This document shows positions 9,210-14,544 of a DNA stretch of 14,544 nt, in pieces. A program made the translations under genes and the position numbers. The notes beneath the pieces are model-generated. The model did not search any database. It saw nothing but the letters and a program-made list of their open reading frames with translations, and was not told the DNA's origin. Within the stretch, counting starts at the first letter, position 1. Each line of letters begins with the position of its first letter. Source of the stretch: Octopus sinensis (taxonomy: Eukaryota); the NCBI RefSeq assembly GCF_006345805.1, contig NW_021825790.1, forward strand, positions 1 to 14,544. Direction: 5' to 3'.

Positions 9210-9870
9210 GTTGTCATCGTCATCGTCGTCATCATCATAATCGTCATCACTACTACCAGCACCACCACCATCACCAACACCACTAGCCTTTATTAAACAC
9301 CGCCGACACCGCACCAATAATGCCACCGCCACCACCACCACCCTATATTAATATTACTAAAATTAACCGCCATCTTTACAGCAATCACTACTACCACTAC
9401 GAAGGCCAATACCATAATCCCCCGCTCCCGTAGACACTGTCACCGTCGCCGCCGTTGCCATCGCTACCACAAATACCAGTATCCCTACCACCCACCCAAC
9501 AACAACACCCACGACAAAGACAACCACCACGACAAACAACATCACAACAAGCACTACCACCAACACCATCACCACCTCATACCACCACCACTACTTCTAA
9601 CACCACTACCACCATCACTATCACCACTACCACCAGCACCACCACCACCACCCTATCATTACTAACACAGCCACTGTCACGACGAGCACCCTCGCCACAA
9701 CCACTACCACAAAAACGCTACCACCTCGGTAACCATCACTACAATGACAGCACCGCCACCATCACCTAGGAACACCACCAACACCACCATTAACACAACC
9801 ACTGACAATATCAATAACAACAAAAACATTAGAATCATCATCATCATCATTATCATCATCATCATGAAAA
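9210..9870. repeat. Degenerate (CAC/ACC/CAT/AAC)n trinucleotide tract, ~650 bp
   Basis: Read directly; encodes only poly-T/P/V pseudo-ORFs. Confidence 0.93.
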
Positions 9871-9984
9871 ATGTCAAAACCATAAAAACCTACTAAATAA
9901 CGGTTTTGACTCGACAACAACAACAACAACAACAATCACCAGCTCCATTTTTTTTAAGAAGATAAAGAAAATTATGTAACAAGC

Positions 9985-10002
9985 ACAAGCATGTATATAT
10001 AT

Positions 10003-10033
<31 letters not shown>

Positions 10034-10308
10034 CTTATACACACATTTATAAATACAACATATACATAAGTGTGTGTACATGCATATACATATATACACA
10101 CACACATATACACATATACACGCACGCACACACACATAGACGCGCCCGGCATATATATATGTGTGTGTGCAAAGAAAGAAATAATAGAATATAGATACAG
10201 ATAAATATATAAACTTACACACACATATATACATGTAATATATATATATAATATATTATATATATTATATACCTACATGCTCATTAGAGATTTATATACG
10301 TGTGTGTG

Positions 10309-10352
<44 letters not shown>

Positions 10353-10920
10353 ATTATATATAGATATATGTAGGTATATATATACATATATATATGTATA
10401 TATATCTACATATATATATGCATATACATATATATATGTATATATATACATATTTTATGTATATACATACATATATATATGTGTGCATATATATACTATT
10501 ATATATATATATATACATTCATGATTTCTTCTGTAACTCCTATTTTTTTCCCGCTTTCTCTTATCTCTATTTCTTGATCTTTTCATCCGAATTTCTTTCC
10601 ATTTTCTCTCCTCCTCCCCGCCTATCTTTCTCTTTCTCTATTCCTCTCTCTTTCTCTCTTCCTCTCTCTCTCTCTTTGTCTCTCTCTCTTTCACTCTCTC
10701 TCTCTCTCTCTCTCACCATTCACCGTTAAATATATTTTCGCTTTCTATCTTTTTAATATTGTCTTCTATTTTTGTCAACTAAAACAATACAATGCACCAT
10801 GGAGACATGGCACATCGTGAGTATGTGTGTGCATCTGTTTGTATGTATACGTATGTGTGTGTGTGTGTGTGTGTGTGCATATTTGTGAGAGGATGCATGA
10901 GTGTGTATATATATATATAC

Positions 10921-10975
<55 letters not shown>

Positions 10976-11140
10976 ACTATACATATATATATATTATATA
11001 TAATGTACAAATAAGCATATATGTATATCATATATATATATATACATATTTACATGCACATATATATGTATGTAATATATATTAATTTTATATGCACACA
11101 CATATACCGGAGACCCGCATATACATACATATATATGATA
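9985..11140. repeat. Large (TA)n/(CA)n/(GT)n block with an internal (CT)n polypyrimidine tract
   Basis: TA/CA 9985-10520; CT-rich 10520-10715; GT/TA 10820-11140. Confidence 0.93.
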
Positions 11141-11825
11141 GTAGAAGAGAGAGAGGTAATTAAATTGGGGGAGATTAGCGAGTAAAGGTAGAGAATGAAG
11201 AGGAAAAGAGTGGGAGAGAGAGAGGAGAGAAGAGAGAGAGGCAGAGAGGGGAGAGGAGAGAGAGAATGACAATGAAAAAGATGCAAAGAGAGAGAGAGAG
11301 GGACAAATGAAGAGAGGGAGAAAGTGGAGGTAAGGAGAAAGGCTGAGGAGGGGCGTAATGAAGAAAGGAAGGAAGCCAATGAAACAAAGAAACCAAAAGC
11401 TGATTCATTGTCAATTCCTGTCTTAAGACAATAGGATGGTAATAATGACGATGGTGATGGTGATGGTGTGATGATGGTGGTGATGGTGTTGGGGATGATG
11501 ATGATGATGATGATGATGATGAGAATAGTAATCCTTTTCGTTGCCGTTATCATCATCATCATCGTCTTCATCAACTTCAATGTAAACCTCAATGAAATGA
11601 AGACATGACATCCCCAACAACGACAGCACCACCACCACCACCATTATCATCATCATTATCATCATCATCATCATCACAACCACGAATAATAATGCCACCA
11701 CCATCATCACCATCACCATCAGCCCCCACCACCATTATCACCATCACAACTACCACCAACACCACCACCACCACAGCTACCACCGCAACCATCATCTCCA
11801 ACACAATCACCACCAAGAACATCAT
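11140..11825. repeat. (GA)n polypurine tract followed by (GAT/GGT)n then (CAT/CAC)n tracts
   Basis: GA-rich 11140-11390; GAT/GGT 11435-11522; CAT/CAC 11548-11825. Confidence 0.93.
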
Positions 11826-11832
11826 CAAATAT

Positions 11833-12232
11833 ATTCTTTTCTACTCTAAAGCACAAGGCCCGGAATTTTTGGGAAAGGGGCCAGTCGATTAGATCGATTC
11901 CAGTATACAGCTGGTACCTAATTTATTGTCCCCAAAAAGATGAGAGGCAAAGTCGACCTCGGCGAAATTTGAACTCAGAACCTAAATAAAGACGAAATAC
12001 CTATTTCCTTACTGCACACAAGGGGTTACACACAGAAGGGACAGACAAGGACAGACAAACGGATTAAGTCGATTATATCGACCCCAGTGCGTAACTGGTA
12101 CTTATTTAATCGACCCCGAAAGGATGAAAGGCAAAGACGACCTCGGCATAATTTGAACTCAGAACGTAGCGGCAGACGAAATACGGCTACGCATTTCGCC
12201 CGGCGTGCTAACCATTCTGCCAGCTCGCCGCC
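11833..12232 (-). mobile_element. tRNA-derived SINE (family C, MetaSINE-like central domain) followed by a headless second unit
   Basis: Minus strand: head ggcggcgagctggcagaatggttagcacgccgggcgaaatg, B-box gagttcaaat, central ccgaggtcgtctttgcctttcatcctttcggggtcgattaaataagtaccag. Second unit restarts at gtatttcgtc (12000) and repeats about 125 bp with a different 3' end. The MetaSINE label is from memory. Confidence 0.85.
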
Positions 12233-12339
12233 TTGCATAAAACAGGAATCGTAAAACGGTATTTTCTGTGTGATCACAAAATGGCAGATAGCTTATCTGA
12301 TCGCAAAATGACAAACTGAAATCACTGGCAAACAGCCAC

Positions 12340-12590
12340 CTGGTAGAGTATTCCACAGACACACGTACACTTAATATAGTTCTCAGGGAGATTTAACATG
12401 ACACAGAATGGGACAAGGCTGGCCCCTTTAAATTACAGGTACACCTAACTTTTGCCAGCTAAGTGGACCGGGTTACCATATCAAAGTTAAATTAAATATA
12501 TTGCTCAAGAACGCAACGCACCGCCGAGAACCGAACTTATGATCTAACGATCGTATGCTCGGCACCCTAACCACTAAGCCACGGGCCTTC
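12340..12590 (-). mobile_element. tRNA-derived CORE-like SINE (family A), inverted relative to the 5137 copy
   Basis: Minus strand: gaaggcccgtggcttagtggttagggtg (A box), aagttcggtt (B box), gttgcgttcttgagcaa, ccacttagctggcaaaag, aaaggggccagccttgtcccattctgtgtcatgttaaatctccctgagaac; collinear with 5137-5331. Confidence 0.88.
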
Positions 12591-12640
12591 ACGACAGACA
12601 GAACTAACACAGGTACAAAATGGTATCGCTTGTCACAATC

Positions 12641-12735
12641 TGTGGTGGTGGTGGTGGTGGTGGTGGTGGTGGTGGTGGTGGTGATGGTGCTGGTGCTGGT
12701 GGTGGTAGGGGTGGTGGCGGCGGTTGTGGTGGTAT
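12641..12735. repeat. (GGT)n tract
   Basis: Read directly from sequence. Confidence 0.97.
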
Positions 12736-13053
12736 GACGGAGGCACTGTAAAGCGTCCTTGCTACGATGAAAACAGAGTAAACTAGAGCTTTTGTTTGTT
12801 ACTATGGAAACAGACACCATTGTGAGATTTATGGTTAAATAATGGTGGCTTTTGACTGGCTAAAATTACCCAAAATTTGGAAACTTAAGATGCTATTAAC
12901 TTTTTATTTATTAATTAACGGCGAAAATTAATTTCATTTTGTTAATTAGCATACAAAACGAAATCGGTATAACTAAATTTGAAAATAATTAGAACAAAAT
13001 TGAAAAAATACGAAATCTGTGACAACAATCGTGAAGGTCCTAGGCATGAGATC

Positions 13054-13532
13054 CACAGGCATGGCTGTGTGTTAAGAAGCTTGATTCCTAACCACATGGT
13101 TCTGGGTTCAGTCTCATTGCGTGGCACCTTAACCAAATGTCTTCTGCAAAAGTCTCGGGTCAACCAAAAACCTTGTGAGTGGATTTGGTAGACAGAAACT
13201 GAAAGAAGCCTGTTGTATGTATATAAAAAGGGTGAAGACCCCCTTCCGAGGCACAAGTCCGGGCAAGGTTATTTATGGAAGACCAGCAGTTGCCCATGCA
13301 TACCGGGAATCGAACTCATTACCTCATGATTGTGAGCCCTACGCTCTAACCACTGAGTCATGAGCCTTCGTATACATATGTGTGCGTGTGTGTGCCTTTG
13401 TGCCTTTGTGCCTGTGTTTATCCTCCCCTCCACCGCTTGACAATCGGTGTTGGAGTATTTACGTCCCCGTAACTTAGCGGTTCGGCCAAAGAGACCAATA
13501 GAAAAAAGTACTAGGCTTAAATAAAAATAAGT
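13054..13532 (+). mobile_element. Near full-length SINE family B, 3'-truncated, interrupted by a nested SINE
   Basis: Head cacaggcatggctgtgtgttaagaagcttg..aaccacatggttctgggttcagtctcattgcgtggcacc matches 14454-14544; body matches 5350-5552. Internal TA/GT tract is split by the 13225-13369 insert. Confidence 0.9.
13225..13369 (-). mobile_element. Short (~145 bp) internally deleted tRNA-SINE nested in opposite orientation
   Basis: Minus strand: gaaggctcatgactcagtggttagagcg (A box)..gagttcgattcccgg (B box), then directly tatgcatgggcaactgctggtcttccataaataaccttgcccggacttgtgcctcggaagggggtcttcaccc and a T tail. The CORE-like segment that follows the B box in other copies (7340-7380, 13750-13800) is missing. 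Confidence 0.8.
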
Positions 13533-13745
13533 TTGATCTGGCAGATTCATAACATCACTCGGGCATTCCCTTCTCATTCCCCACATCCTCATCCCTTTAT
13601 TATGTTCAAAACCTAAAACCCTACATCACTCGCTATACCCGATTCTTCCTTCTTTTACCGTAAGCTTTCCTCGTGTTTTTCTGCAAAGGTTGACTTCAAA
13701 GGGTTCAAATTGAACACTGATGCCAATCCCCTTTTTGCCACCGAG

Positions 13746-13890
13746 GTCGATTCCCAGACCGGGCTGAGTGTTGTGTTCTTGAGCAAGACACTTTATTTCG
13801 CGTTACTCCAGCTCACTCCTCTGTAGAAATGTGTTGCGACATTATTGGTGCCAAGTTGTATCAGCCTTTGCCTTTCCCTTGGATAACATC
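13746..13890 (+). mobile_element. Internal fragment of a CORE-like tRNA-SINE (B-box to mid-body)
   Basis: gtcgattcccagaccgggctgagtgttgtgttcttgagcaagacactttatttcgcgttactccagctcactc matches the CORE-like segment of 5214-5260 and 12500-12530 (rc). Confidence 0.8.
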
Positions 13891-13983
13891 CAAGATTGTC
13901 CTTTTGGGGGGAGTTAGCAGGGGGTAACCGACCACACGGAGGTCCAAAGAAGCGATATAACGATCATCTCAAGAAATCCCTCT
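13890..13983 (+). pseudogene. RTE-clade (BovB-like) LINE ORF C-terminal remnant
   Basis: In-frame PRLSFWGELAGGNRPHGGPKKRYNDHLKKSL, matching the P(K/R)xxxYGELxxGxRxxGxxKKRYKDxLKxSL motif of RTE reverse transcriptases. Degenerates into a CCT/CT tract immediately after. Confidence 0.75.
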
Positions 13984-14265
13984 CTTTCCTCCACCCTCTC
14001 CTTTTCAAGCTCCTCCGCCTGTCCTTCTCCCCTTCTTTCTCCTCATCCCCTCTTCCCCTCCTTCTTTCCTTCCTCCACCTCCACCTCGTCCTTCTCCCCT
14101 CCTCTTTCTCTTTCTCGACTCCTCCTCCGCCTGGTATCCTCTACCCGTCCTCTCCCACCAGTCCTCCGCATCCACCTCCGCCTCTCGGCTCCTCTTCTTC
14201 CTCCTTTTCCTTCTCCTCCTCCTCCTTTGCCTGTCCACCTCCCCCTCCTCTACCTCATCTTCTAC
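13980..14265. repeat. (CCT/CT)n polypyrimidine low-complexity tract
   Basis: Read directly from sequence. Confidence 0.95.
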
Positions 14266-14453
14266 TGAATTATCTTATGGCTTTAATTACTTAAGAAACT
14301 ATGAAAAGCGAGACGCCATAAAACGTAATACGTAAATAATTGTGCGTGGACAAACCGCTGAGGTTTCATTAACGATTCTATTATCATTATACAACACGCC
14401 ATGCATCAGTTATATGACTTATTAACATCATTTACACAACATGTTTTCTACCA

Positions 14454-14544
14454 GACGCAGGAGTGGCTATGTGGTAAGTAGCTTGTTTACCAACCACATG
14501 GTTTTGAGTTCATTCCCACTGCGTGGTACCTTGGGCAAGTGTCT
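14454..14544 (+). mobile_element. 5' head of SINE family B, cut by the window end
   Basis: gacgcaggagtggctatgtggtaagtagcttgtttaccaaccacatggttttgagttcattcccactgcgtggtaccttgggcaagtgtct; A/B-box-like head, collinear with 13054-13142. Confidence 0.88.

Noticed and set aside
12520-12590. tRNA-like sequences (also 5137-5200, 13300-13369, 14454-14520)
   Set aside because: A and B boxes are present but each continues into a SINE body and lacks a proper acceptor stem; SINE heads, not tRNA genes.
13896-14294. 132-aa ORF as a gene
   Set aside because: Only the first ~30 codons are meaningful (RTE remnant); the rest is a CCT/CT tract.
14313-14326. gccataaaacgtaa resembling the foldback terminus gccataaagcgtca
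   Set aside because: Only about 12 of 14 bases match and similarity does not extend; compatible with chance.
1-14544. CRISPR array, operon or other prokaryotic-style system
   Set aside because: No constant repeat with unique spacers, no gene-dense coding and no prokaryotic signals; the window is eukaryotic repeat-rich DNA.

Overview
Non-coding, AT-rich, repeat-saturated eukaryotic DNA, most likely octopus intergenic or intronic sequence. That assignment rests on my recognition of three tRNA-derived SINE families and the extreme microsatellite load, not on a database search. I can support no host protein-coding exon or functional RNA gene; most ORF-track entries are translations of simple repeats. 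Recognisable content: (1) a full-length but dead 1265-bp Tc1/mariner transposon (2167-3431; 30-bp TIRs, TA duplication) whose catalytic spacing is D-36-E, the Incomer-type signature; (2) an unexplained ~407-bp near-complete foldback element (4301-4707); (3) about eleven SINE copies or fragments, including a chimera, a tandem dimer and a short internally deleted SINE nested in another SINE; (4) two short RTE-like LINE reverse-transcriptase C-terminal remnants; (5) many di-, tri- and tetranucleotide tracts, some switching strand to form hairpins. I see no evidence of a new multi-gene system.
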